In this document: positions 1 through 8,270 of the stretch, piece by piece | Layout of the letters: each line of letters starts with the position of its first letter | Numbering within the stretch: the stretch's first letter is position 1 | Assembly (NCBI GenBank): GCA_022705425.1 | Contig: JAKJEM010000003.1 | Coordinates: 34,561 to 87,594, forward strand | Direction: 5' to 3' | DNA length: 53,034 bases | Origin: Planctomycetota bacterium | Lineage (GTDB): Bacteria > Planctomycetota > Brocadiia > CAIUPP01 | The notes under the pieces: model-generated | Database searches by the model: none | Seen by the model: the letters and a program-made list of their open reading frames with translations, nothing else | Told to the model about the DNA's origin: nothing | Made by a program: the position numbers and the translations under genes

Positions 1-400
1 GCCGGGCAAGGGACTCGCCCGCCTCGGCCCGCAGGCCGTCGAAGCCCGCGCGCAGCAGGCGGGGATAGTCGGGAATGTGATGGTCGCGGTGGGTCTGAAA
101 ATCGCGGTCGGGCATCGTCGCCAGCCAGGCACGGTCGGCGGCAAGGGTCTCCGGCGCAACGGTCCCTTCGGGCGCCAGGCGGCCGAGCATCCCCGCGCCG
201 ATGAGCAACTCGCCGGGGAAGAGGGGCAGCGAAGCGCGTTCGAGGACGGCGTTGAGCGCCCGGGCGCGGCGGAGCGGCATCGGCTCGCCGATCGTTTCCA
301 TGAAGGACTGCGCCCGCCAGTGGGGGGCGGGGGCGCAACGCCACGCGCGGAGCAACGTCTCCTGCCGCTGTGTCAGTTCCGAGTGGTCGAGCGGGCTCAT
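1..400 (-). CDS. Glycyl radical enzyme (PFL2 / glycerol dehydratase family), N-terminal part; the gene continues beyond the window
   Basis: The reverse-complement translation starts with MSPLDHSELTQRQETLLRAWR. It contains ...PMPLRRARALNAVLERASLPLFPGELLIGAG... and ...HHIPDYPRLLRAGFDGLRAE, which matches conserved N-terminal blocks of PflD-type glycyl radical enzymes (..IIIDYPRLL..). The ATG lies at 398-400 and is open to the window edge. Confidence 0.6.
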   Translation of the reverse strand, partial: MSPLDHSELTQRQETLLRAWRCAPAPHWRAQSFMETIGEPMPLRRARALNAVLERASLPLFPGELLIGAGMLGRLAPEGTVAPETLAADRAWLATMPDRDFQTHRDHHIPDYPRLLRAGFDGLRAEAGESLAR

Positions 401-1533
401 GATTTCCTCTTTCCGACCTCCTGCGGGACGAGGACGACCTTGGCCGCCCGTCCCTCGGCGGCGCACCGGCACGCCTCCTGCGCCCGGCGCACCGGGAAGC
501 GGTGCGTGACGCAACGGGCGAAGACCTTCTGCAGGTCGCGGCGCCGCCGGAGGAATTCGAGGTAGGCGCCGATGTCCTGCATCGTGTACTGGCCGCTGCC
601 GACGATGCGCACGGCCTTGAAGGTGATCATCTGCGGCTCGATGGACACGGGGCCGCTGTTCGAATACTGGCCGGGCACGATGTAGCGACCCCGCGTGCGG
701 ACAAGGCGCAATCCCTCCGGGAAGGCGGTCGGCGAGCCGCTGGCCTCAAAGACGACGTCGGCGCCGTTGGCCCGGCCCAGTCGGGCGGCCAGCGCCGTGA
801 TGCGCGCCGCGCGTTCCTCCGCCGGAACGGCGCGGTAATCCAGCGCCAGCTTCGCGCCGAGCGCGCGCGCCAGACGCAACCGGGCCGGACTCGATCCCGA
901 CCCGATGACGGCCACGACGGCGCCCGCCGCGGCCGCCCAGGCGACGGCAAAGAGCCCCACAGGACCCGCGCCTTGGACGACGACCAGTTCCCCGCGTTCG
1001 AGACCGCCGGCGTAATCGAAGGCGCGAATGACCGTGGGGCCGGCGCAGGGGAAGGCCGCCGCGGCGTCGAGGTCCACGCCCTTCGGCAGCTTGACGAGCG
1101 TCTTCGCCGGGGCGTGAAGGAACTCGGCGTAACCCCCGAAGAAGTGCGGCCGGTTCTGCGGGTCGCGGACGTAGGTGACGCCGAAGTTGAGGCAGCTGGC
1201 CGTTTCGCCGCGCGCGCAACTGAAGCACTTGCCGCACGGCAGGGCCACGCAGGCGACCGCCGCATCGCCGACGCGCAGCGGGGCGCCCAGGCCGTCGCGC
1301 CGCGCCCGCGTCCCCAACGCCTCGATCCGTCCGATGAACTCATGGCCGGGGATCAGCGGCGCGGGAACCGCCAGCCGCCCCTCAACGATGTGCACGTCTG
1401 TGCCGCAGACGCCGCTCCGCGCCAAAGCCAGGAGCGCATCGCCCGGCGCGGGGGGCAGGACGGGGAACTCCCGCGTCTCCAGAGGCCGGCCCGCGCCCGT
1501 GAACACCGCCGCAACGCCCGTCCGTTCCGCCAT
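397..1533 (-). CDS. Zn-dependent alcohol dehydrogenase (medium-chain dehydrogenase/reductase family)
   Basis: GHEFIG catalytic-zinc motif, a CGKCFSC structural-zinc cysteine cluster, and a GAGPVGL Rossmann motif. Start chosen at MAERTGVAAVF, which has GGGAGG 8 nt upstream; an alternative start is 1551. The stop TGA overlaps the ATG of the downstream glycyl radical enzyme (ATGA). Confidence 0.85.
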   Translation of the reverse strand: MAERTGVAAVFTGAGRPLETREFPVLPPAPGDALLALARSGVCGTDVHIVEGRLAVPAPLIPGHEFIGRIEALGTRARRDGLGAPLRVGDAAVACVALPCGKCFSCARGETASCLNFGVTYVRDPQNRPHFFGGYAEFLHAPAKTLVKLPKGVDLDAAAAFPCAGPTVIRAFDYAGGLERGELVVVQGAGPVGLFAVAWAAAAGAVVAVIGSGSSPARLRLARALGAKLALDYRAVPAEERAARITALAARLGRANGADVVFEASGSPTAFPEGLRLVRTRGRYIVPGQYSNSGPVSIEPQMITFKAVRIVGSGQYTMQDIGAYLEFLRRRRDLQKVFARCVTHRFPVRRAQEACRCAAEGRAAKVVLVPQEVGKRKS

Positions 1534-1563
1534 GACTTCGACCTCCCGCATTGGGGCCGCGCG

Positions 1564-2397
1564 TCAGCGCACGGCCCAGAAGTAACTCACCGCCACGATG
1601 CCCATTCCCCAACAGTACCAGGCGAACCAGTGCAGTCCCGCGGCCTTGACCACGCGCACGAGGAAACGCAACGCGATGTAGCCGGTTATCGTTGCGGTCA
1701 GGACGCCCGCCAGCAGGGCGCCCCACTGCCCCTCCGGCAGGGCGGAAATGTGGCGCGATTCGAGGACCGCCGCGCCCAGGATCGCGGGCATGAAAAGGAG
1801 GAAGCTGAAGCGTGCGGCCTCGGCCCGATCGAGTCCGAGCATCAGGCCGGCGGAGATCGTCGAACCGGAGCGCGAGATGCCGGGTATCAACGCCACACTC
1901 TGCGCCAGCCCGATGAGCAGGGCGTCCTTCAGCGTGACGCGGCCCTCCTGGCGGGCCAGACTGTAAGAGCGCGTCAACCAGAGAATCTCCCCCGTCACGA
2001 AGAGCATGCCCGCGGTCAGCAGGGGACTCTTGAAGAGGCCGGCGATGAGGTCGTTCACCGTCAGGCCGGCGATTCCGGCCGGAAGGGTTCCGACGACGAC
2101 GTACCAGCCCATGCGGAAGTCCTTGCGGGCGGCCCAGACCTCGCGCCAGGGGCGACGCTTCCACCCCCATTCGGCCATCCCGGCGCACCAATCCACGATG
2201 ATGTCGCGCACGTCGCGCCGGAAGAAGAAGACCACGGCGGCCAGCGTGCCGAGGTGCAGGGCGACCTCGTAGAGCACGCCGGGGGTCTGAACCTTCATCA
2301 GCGCCTCGACGAGGACGAGGTGGCCGGAGCTGCTGACGGGGAGGAACTCCGTGGCGCCCTGCACGGCGCCGAGGATCAGCGATTCGATCAGCGTCAT
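1564..2397 (-). CDS. uppP: Undecaprenyl-diphosphatase
   Basis: EFLPVSSSGHL and PGISRSGSTI signature motifs. About 277 aa polytopic membrane protein. Confidence 0.9.
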   Translation of the reverse strand: MTLIESLILGAVQGATEFLPVSSSGHLVLVEALMKVQTPGVLYEVALHLGTLAAVVFFFRRDVRDIIVDWCAGMAEWGWKRRPWREVWAARKDFRMGWYVVVGTLPAGIAGLTVNDLIAGLFKSPLLTAGMLFVTGEILWLTRSYSLARQEGRVTLKDALLIGLAQSVALIPGISRSGSTISAGLMLGLDRAEAARFSFLLFMPAILGAAVLESRHISALPEGQWGALLAGVLTATITGYIALRFLVRVVKAAGLHWFAWYCWGMGIVAVSYFWAVR

Positions 2398-2398
2398 T

Positions 2399-3790
2399 CT
2401 ATTTCCCTATGCAGAACTGCGCGAAGACGCGGTTGAGTACGTCGTCCGCTGCCGAGCGGCCCGTGAGCGCGTCGAGCGCATCGAGGGCCTCGCGGAGGTC
2501 GGCGGCCAGGAGGTCCATCGTCGCCGGGGCGCTTTCGTCGAGCGCGCGGTCGAGCGCCGCCACGGCGCGCTGCACACTTTGCGCCTGGCGCGCGCCGACC
2601 ATGAGCGCGGCGGGCGCGCGGTCCGTGTGTTCTGCCAGGCGCGCGCGGAGGCGCCGCAACAAGGCATCCAAGCCCGCGCCGGTGCGCGCGGACACGACGC
2701 AGGACTCGACCTCCGGCGGCAGCGCCGCCGCCGCGTCCGGGCAGACGCCGCCCAGATCGGACTTGTTCAGCGCGACCAGCGCGCGGCGCGGATCGAGCGT
2801 CCGCAATGCTTCCAGCGTCTCACGTCCGGGAGGCCGCGTCAAGTCCAACACGCACAGCGCCAGGTCCGCCCGGCGGACCGATTCGCCCGAGCGCTGCACC
2901 GCCTGCGCCTCGACGCCGTCATCCGGCGGGCGCAGCCCGGCCGTGTCCACCAGCAGAAGCTCCAGTCCGCCGGCGTCGGCAACGGCCTCGATGGTGTCGC
3001 GCGTGGTGCCGGGATGGGGGGAGACGATCGCCCGCCGGCGGCGCAGGACGGCATTGAAGAGGCTGGACTTGCCTGCGTTCGGCGGCCCGAAGAGAACGAC
3101 GCGGGCTGCGCGAGGGGCGACGCGACCGCGCTCGGGGGCGGCGGTCGGGCGGCGGAGTCGTTCGCGCACGGGGCGCAGCCGCTCGCGCGCCTCGGCGATG
3201 GAGATCACCGGCACGTCCTGGTCGGAGAAGTCCAGCGCCAACTCGACCAGGGCGGCCGTTTCCGTCAGCGCGGCGCGCGCGTCGGCGATCTCGCCGCTGA
3301 GCCGTCCGGCCAGCACCTCCAGAGCCGCGCGGCGCTCGCCTTCATCGCGCGATCGGATCAACGCCTCGACCGCCTCGGCCTGCGCCAGGTCAATCCGTCC
3401 GTTGAGGAAGGCCCGCCGCGTGAACTCCCCCGGCCCGGCGGGACGCGCGCCGCGCCGCGTCAACTCGGCCAGCAGCGCGCCGAGGAGGGCGGGGTTGCCG
3501 AAGGTGTGCAGTTCGACGACGTCTTCGCGGGTGTAGGAGGCGGGCGCGCGCATGACATAGACGCGCACGGGCAACCGCAGGTCGCCGCAGTGCGCCTCGG
3601 CGTCGAAGGCAAGATAACTTCCGCCCCGGCGGACGGCCTCCGGCAGGGGCGCGGCACAGAGAGCGGCAAGGAGGTCCATCGCGCCGGCCCCGCTCATGCG
3701 GACGATGGCGCGCGGCGACACGCCCGCCGCCGTCGAAACGGCGACGATGATGTCTCCCTTTTCCGGCGTTGTCGCCCGGTCGAATCCCAT
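2399..3790 (-). CDS. mnmE: tRNA modification GTPase MnmE
   Basis: G-domain motifs GPPNAGKSSLFN and DTAG. The C-terminus ends in the characteristic CIGK. Start set at MGFDR (3790) so as not to overlap yidC; the ORF is open to 3874. Confidence 0.88.
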   Translation of the reverse strand: MGFDRATTPEKGDIIVAVSTAAGVSPRAIVRMSGAGAMDLLAALCAAPLPEAVRRGGSYLAFDAEAHCGDLRLPVRVYVMRAPASYTREDVVELHTFGNPALLGALLAELTRRGARPAGPGEFTRRAFLNGRIDLAQAEAVEALIRSRDEGERRAALEVLAGRLSGEIADARAALTETAALVELALDFSDQDVPVISIAEARERLRPVRERLRRPTAAPERGRVAPRAARVVLFGPPNAGKSSLFNAVLRRRRAIVSPHPGTTRDTIEAVADAGGLELLLVDTAGLRPPDDGVEAQAVQRSGESVRRADLALCVLDLTRPPGRETLEALRTLDPRRALVALNKSDLGGVCPDAAAALPPEVESCVVSARTGAGLDALLRRLRARLAEHTDRAPAALMVGARQAQSVQRAVAALDRALDESAPATMDLLAADLREALDALDALTGRSAADDVLNRVFAQFCIGK

Positions 3791-3815
3791 CGTGCCGAAC
3801 CCGCCTCCGCCTGCG

Positions 3816-5603
3816 TCACCTCCGCTTCGGCGGGCGCTCGCGGGCGGCCCTGGCCGGCGGCTCCGCCTCGGCAACCGTGAACTTCCCGGCCGCCTCCATC
3901 CGCTGAATCTGCATCCGGATGAACTTCTGCTCGACGATCCCCAGGAAGGTGCTCGTCAACCAGTACAGCGTCAACCCGGCCGCCATGTCGTAGAACATGA
4001 AGCCGAAAACGACCGGCATGAAGAGCATCATCTTCTGCATCTGGGCCTGCTGCGGGTCGGCCGGCTTCGGCATCGTCCATTGCTGGAAGAACCAGGAGAT
4101 CGTCATCAGCACCGGCAGGATGTTGATGGGGAAGGCGCCGAGATGCGTGATGGTATCCGGCTGGGCCAGGTCGTTGATCCACAGCAGGAATCCCTCGTGC
4201 CGCAGGTCAATCGAGTAGCGCAGCATCTGGAAGAGCCCCCAGAAGATGGGGATCTGCACCAGGATCGGCCAGCAACCCATCATGGGATTGGCGTCATTGC
4301 GCCGGTAAAGCTCCATCATCTCGCGTCCCTGGCGCTGTTTGTCGTCCTTGTACTTCTCCTGGAGTTCGCGCACCTGGGGCTGCAGGCGCTGCATCTTGTG
4401 CATGCCGATCTGCCCCTTGCGGGTGATGGGGAACATGGCGACCTTGACGAGGACCGTCAGCAGCACGATGCCGACGCCGTAGTTCGGGATGATGTGATAG
4501 AGCCCCTTCAGTATCCAGAGCAGGAAGGTGCTGATGAAGCCGAAGAAGCCGTAGTTGACCAGGATTTCGAGGTCGGGCGTTTCGGCCAGGACCTCCTTCT
4601 TGCGGGGGCCCAGGTAATAGCGGTATTCATCCACGAGGGACTTGCCCGGTTCGACCGCGCGCGCGGCGGTGGTCATCAGCACGTAGATGTTGTCCGCCCT
4701 CTCGACGCCCCCCCAGCGGGTGGGGACCGACTCGCTCTGCGGCAGGGGGCCGATGGTCACCGACTCAATCAGTCCCATCGTCGTCTGCCCCGGCGGGGGG
4801 ATGGGACGCAGGACGGCGGCGAAGTAGCGGCTGCCGGCCCCGGCCCAGAGGATCGGTTCCTTGGGGCCGTTGCGGCGGACGAAGGGCTCATTGGCGCCGG
4901 GTGTCTTCTCCGTCAGGCTGAGCCGTCCGTTCTCATAGCGCGAGCCGATCAGCCCATGCAACTCGGGCGCCGTCAGGTCCTCCGGCACAACGCGGTCCGC
5001 CGCTACGATGGAGTACTGCCCCGAAACGGGGTTCGGGCCGATGTTCTCCAGCGTGATGCGGGCGGCGACCTCGTACTTGCCGGGCAGGAGGTTGAACTCC
5101 TTCTTCACGCGAAGGCCGTTGACGAAGGTCGCCTCGAAGATAAGGCGGTCGGGGCTTTCGGAAACCAAGCGGTAGTTCTGCCGGTCCAGGGGGAGCGCAC
5201 CGGACGGGTCCAGCAGGGCGAAGACCCCGCGTTCGGGGGAGGAGGCCGCCAGAAGCAGGAGGTGATCGGGCGAGTTCACGCGGCGGGCGTACTCGACCAG
5301 CGAGGCCTGGCGCAGGTACGCGCCGCGATTGGTCCACAGCGTTTCGACCTTGAATCCGTCGCCGGCGAGGCGGAGGTCGCCGAGTTCCGGGACGGGCGCA
5401 ACGGGCTTGAGGACGGGGGGGGCGGGCGGAACGGCCGGTGCGGCGGCGGGGGCGGAAGCCGGGGCGGCGGCTGGAGCGGGGGCGGCGCTTTCGATCGGGC
5501 GCGCGCGTTCAGCGGCCTGACGCTGCCGATGCTGCGCGTGCCACATCCAGGCGAAGGTCACCAGGCCGATGAGCAGAAAGGCGATAAGTGTGCGGCGTTC
5601 CAA
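3816..5603 (-). CDS. yidC: Membrane protein insertase YidC
   Basis: Conserved C-terminal five-TM core (MFPITRKGQ..., PILVQIPIFWGLF..., GFLLWINDL...) and a large periplasmic N-domain after a signal-anchor. Confidence 0.9.
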   Translation of the reverse strand: MERRTLIAFLLIGLVTFAWMWHAQHRQRQAAERARPIESAAPAPAAAPASAPAAAPAVPPAPPVLKPVAPVPELGDLRLAGDGFKVETLWTNRGAYLRQASLVEYARRVNSPDHLLLLAASSPERGVFALLDPSGALPLDRQNYRLVSESPDRLIFEATFVNGLRVKKEFNLLPGKYEVAARITLENIGPNPVSGQYSIVAADRVVPEDLTAPELHGLIGSRYENGRLSLTEKTPGANEPFVRRNGPKEPILWAGAGSRYFAAVLRPIPPPGQTTMGLIESVTIGPLPQSESVPTRWGGVERADNIYVLMTTAARAVEPGKSLVDEYRYYLGPRKKEVLAETPDLEILVNYGFFGFISTFLLWILKGLYHIIPNYGVGIVLLTVLVKVAMFPITRKGQIGMHKMQRLQPQVRELQEKYKDDKQRQGREMMELYRRNDANPMMGCWPILVQIPIFWGLFQMLRYSIDLRHEGFLLWINDLAQPDTITHLGAFPINILPVLMTISWFFQQWTMPKPADPQQAQMQKMMLFMPVVFGFMFYDMAAGLTLYWLTSTFLGIVEQKFIRMQIQRMEAAGKFTVAEAEPPARAARERPPKRR

Positions 5604-5647
5604 GCGTGTACCCTTCTCAGTGCGAGCGGCGGGAACGGAGTACGGGT

Positions 5648-5673
5648 CCGGCGGGCGGTTCGCCGTCCGCCGG
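5648..5673 (-). terminator. GC-rich hairpin (CCGGCGGGCGG-TTCG-CCGTCCGCCGG) downstream of the phosphoesterase gene, with no U-tract
   Basis: 11-bp stem (10/11 paired) with a tetraloop, located between the stop at 5697 and the yidC start. No following T-run. Confidence 0.2.
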
Positions 5674-5696
5674 CTCAGGGCCGTGGGCTCTCGGGC

Positions 5697-6449
5697 TCAG
5701 CGCCCCTCGCGAAGCCGGTCCCCCAGCGAGCGGTCCAGGTCCTGGATGGCGTAAATCTTCCGGATGGTCGTCTCGAAGTCGTACGCCACCTTGATGAAGC
5801 GCACCGCCGCCCCGTCGAAGAGGGCGTAGCAGGCGCGGGGGTCGTTGTCGCGCGGCTGTCCCACCGACCCGACGTTGATGATCGTCTTGCGCGGGCTGAT
5901 GCGATAGACGTAATCCAGGTCGTCGGGGGAGCGGAAGGTCATGTCGTCGGTCCACACGCCGGGGACATGCGTGTGGCCCACGAAGCACAGGTGCTCGATC
6001 TGGCCGAAGATGCGCTCCATCTTGTTCGGGTTGCGCACGTCGGTCGTGTAAACATACTCGCGCGTGGGGTCGGAGGGGGAGCCGTGGACGAGAAGAATGC
6101 CGTTGCCGGAGTAATAGCGCGGCATGTTCCCCATGAAGTCCCAGCGTTTGGCGTTGGCGGCGCGGTCGTCTCCGAGCATGTTGAACTGCCGGGCGGTCCA
6201 TTTGACGGCCACGGTGGCGCGCGGGTTGAAGCCCTGGGCCTGCGCCTCGAACAGGACGGCTTCTTCGTGGTTCCCGAGGAGGCACAGGTTGAACCCCCCG
6301 GCCAGGTCGAGGCAGGCCCGGGGATCGGGACCGTAGCCGATCAGGTCCCCCAGGCAGATCACGTCCGACACGCCGCGCTGGCGGATGTCGTTCAAGACCG
6401 CCTGAAAGGCCTCCATGTTGCTATGGACGTCGGAGACAATCGCCTGCAT
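5697..6449 (-). CDS. Metallophosphoesterase (calcineurin-like, YfcE/MJ0936 type)
   Basis: Motifs IVSDVHSN, GDLIGYGP, GNHE and GHTH. Confidence 0.8.
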   Translation of the reverse strand: MQAIVSDVHSNMEAFQAVLNDIRQRGVSDVICLGDLIGYGPDPRACLDLAGGFNLCLLGNHEEAVLFEAQAQGFNPRATVAVKWTARQFNMLGDDRAANAKRWDFMGNMPRYYSGNGILLVHGSPSDPTREYVYTTDVRNPNKMERIFGQIEHLCFVGHTHVPGVWTDDMTFRSPDDLDYVYRISPRKTIINVGSVGQPRDNDPRACYALFDGAAVRFIKVAYDFETTIRKIYAIQDLDRSLGDRLREGR

Positions 6450-6495
6450 ACGCGCTCACCCGGAATCTCGGACGGGAGCCCATTACCGAAAAGAG

Positions 6496-6524
6496 CATTC
6501 TATCAGCCTCTTGCGGGCATTTCA
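6496..6524 (-). promoter_or_regulatory. Putative sigma70 promoter (TTGAAA-N17-TAGAAT on the minus strand) for the phosphoesterase gene
   Basis: Reverse complement of 6519-6524 is TTGAAA. Reverse complement of 6496-6501 is TAGAAT. The spacer is 17 nt, and the site is about 45 nt upstream of the ATG at 6449. Confidence 0.35.
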
Positions 6525-6530
6525 ATTCCG

Positions 6531-7274
6531 TCAGGCGCTCAGCCCGCCGTCCACCGGCAGCACCTGTCCGGTCACGAAATCGTTGCTTTCGATCAGCGCC
6601 ACGATGGCCTGCGCCACGTCCTCCGGGGCGGCCACGCGACGCAGCGGAGTCTGCATCTGCGCGCCGCGGACGAAGGCCGTCTGGCGCTCGACCCAGCGCG
6701 TCGTCACCACGCCCGGAGCCACGGCGTTGACGCGGACGGCCGGCGCCAGGACGCGCGCCGTCATCCGGGTGAGGAGATTGAGCGCGGCCTTCGACGCGCA
6801 GTAGGGGATCGAACTGCCGCGCCCGATCGAACCGGCCAGCGAGGAGACGTTGATCACCACGCCCCCGCCGGCCGCCTGCATGTGCGGCGCGGCGGCGCGG
6901 ATGCAGTAGAAGGGGCCCTTGACGTTGACGGCCATCGTCCGATCCCAGACGGCGTCATCGAGCTTGTCCAGATCCTTGAAGTCCACGAACTCCGTCCAGC
7001 CGGCGTTGTTGACCAGGATGCGCAGCGGTCCGAGGCCGCCGACGGCCTCCTCGACCATGCGCCGGACCTCGTCGTCGCGCGCCACGTCCGCGCACAGCGC
7101 CATGGCGCGCCGCCCCAGGCGGCGGACCTCCTCCGCCGTCGCCTCGGCCTCATCCTTCGATCGGGAGTAGTTCACCGCCACGTCGGCCCCGCGAGCCGCC
7201 AGCCGCAGCGCCGTGGCGCGTCCGATCCCCGTCCCGCCGCCGGTGACGAGCGCCACCGTTCCGCCGATCTCCAT
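6531..7274 (-). CDS. SDR-family oxidoreductase (3-oxoacyl-ACP reductase-like)
   Basis: TGGGTGIGRA cofactor motif, NNAG, and a YCASKAAL catalytic Tyr/Lys. Start chosen at MEIGG; an alternative start is 7298. Confidence 0.85.
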   Translation of the reverse strand: MEIGGTVALVTGGGTGIGRATALRLAARGADVAVNYSRSKDEAEATAEEVRRLGRRAMALCADVARDDEVRRMVEEAVGGLGPLRILVNNAGWTEFVDFKDLDKLDDAVWDRTMAVNVKGPFYCIRAAAPHMQAAGGGVVINVSSLAGSIGRGSSIPYCASKAALNLLTRMTARVLAPAVRVNAVAPGVVTTRWVERQTAFVRGAQMQTPLRRVAAPEDVAQAIVALIESNDFVTGQVLPVDGGLSA

Positions 7275-7317
7275 CGTCCAGTCCTTTCGTCGCTGCATTC
7301 CGCGCGGCGTCGCGCGC

Positions 7318-8241
7318 CTACCGGCTTGCCGCGTACACGCTCTCGAAGGTCCCGGCCACCGTCCGAGGGGGCGTCGGCGCCCCGACCCGGTAGTTGGTCA
7401 ACTGGAAGGACACCGGGTTCACCTCCCCCGCCTGCGGCTGATTGGGCAGGAATCCCCGCGCGTCGGTGCGCTTCAGCTTGACGCTGCGGTACAGCACGTG
7501 CTCATGCGCCTGTTCGCCGAAGACGTTCTGGTATTCGATCTCAATCCAGTGCTTGCCTTCCTGCCCGGCGCGCTTGGCGTAGATTTCCGCGCTCACGGGG
7601 ACCAGTTTCGGTTGGGGAGTCCGAAGGCGCACGTTCTTCAGTGCCACCTCCAGCCGGCCTCCCACCTTGTCGTCGGCGGCAAACTTGACAAGCGCGTTGC
7701 CGTTGTCCACCCACAGCGTCACGCTTTGGATATAATCGGCGGGGCTCTTGGCCTTGAGTTCGAGGCGCGTCAACGCGCCCTCGCGCAGGGCCGAGGCCGC
7801 GTAATCCTCGGGGGCTGCCATGGCCGCCGCCGCCACGCGCCCCGGCAGGCAGCCTTCGAAGCGCCGGAGCGCTTCCGCTATGGCGTTTTGCCATCGGGTG
7901 ATGACCGGCTGAAGTTCCGCCCGCGCGTCGGCGACGTTCTCGGCGGAAGCTCGCACGCCCTGCGGCGTGGCGGTCAGGGCCAGGTAGCCCTGGCCCCACG
8001 CCCGGCGCAGGTGCGGCTCGATGGCGGCCGTCATCTCCGGGCTTCGGAGTTCGCAGAAATAGTTCCCCGGATAGAGGGAGGGCACGTCATAGTAGGCCTC
8101 CGCCACCTGCTTCAAGCGCTCCTGGACCACGGCGCGCGCCCGTTGCGCGGGCGTTTGCGCCTGGGCCATGCCCGCCGAAGGGAACCCCGCCGACAGGATG
8201 CCCGCCGTCACGACGCCCGCCACCACGCGCAATGCGTTCAT
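7318..8241 (-). CDS. Secreted hypothetical protein
   Basis: Clear signal peptide MNALRVVAGVVTAGILSAGFPSAGMAQA. It is the 3' part of a 793-aa track ORF whose 5' part is an alternate-frame shadow of the upstream gene. Confidence 0.6.
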   Translation of the reverse strand: MNALRVVAGVVTAGILSAGFPSAGMAQAQTPAQRARAVVQERLKQVAEAYYDVPSLYPGNYFCELRSPEMTAAIEPHLRRAWGQGYLALTATPQGVRASAENVADARAELQPVITRWQNAIAEALRRFEGCLPGRVAAAAMAAPEDYAASALREGALTRLELKAKSPADYIQSVTLWVDNGNALVKFAADDKVGGRLEVALKNVRLRTPQPKLVPVSAEIYAKRAGQEGKHWIEIEYQNVFGEQAHEHVLYRSVKLKRTDARGFLPNQPQAGEVNPVSFQLTNYRVGAPTPPRTVAGTFESVYAASR

Positions 8242-8270
8242 GGCTCGTCCTCCCCATGCGTCTCCCCGGA

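Noticed and set aside
502-2436. 644-aa plus-strand ORF, and similar very long ORFs such as 3696-7481 (+), 17202-20357 (-), 25206-27701 (-), 12338-14695 (+), 36448-37803 (+) and 38266-40038 (+)
   Set aside because: They are antisense or alternate-frame shadows of well-supported genes (ADH/uppP, yidC, carB, flotillin, hydB, lyase). Their translations are Arg/Ala/Gly/Pro-rich low-complexity, typical of stop-poor frames in about 68% GC DNA.
2399-3874. Longer mnmE start at 3874 (491 aa)
   Set aside because: It would overlap the yidC 3' end by 58 bp and add a Gly/Arg-rich low-complexity extension. The MGFDR start at 3790 gives a normal MnmE length and N-terminus.
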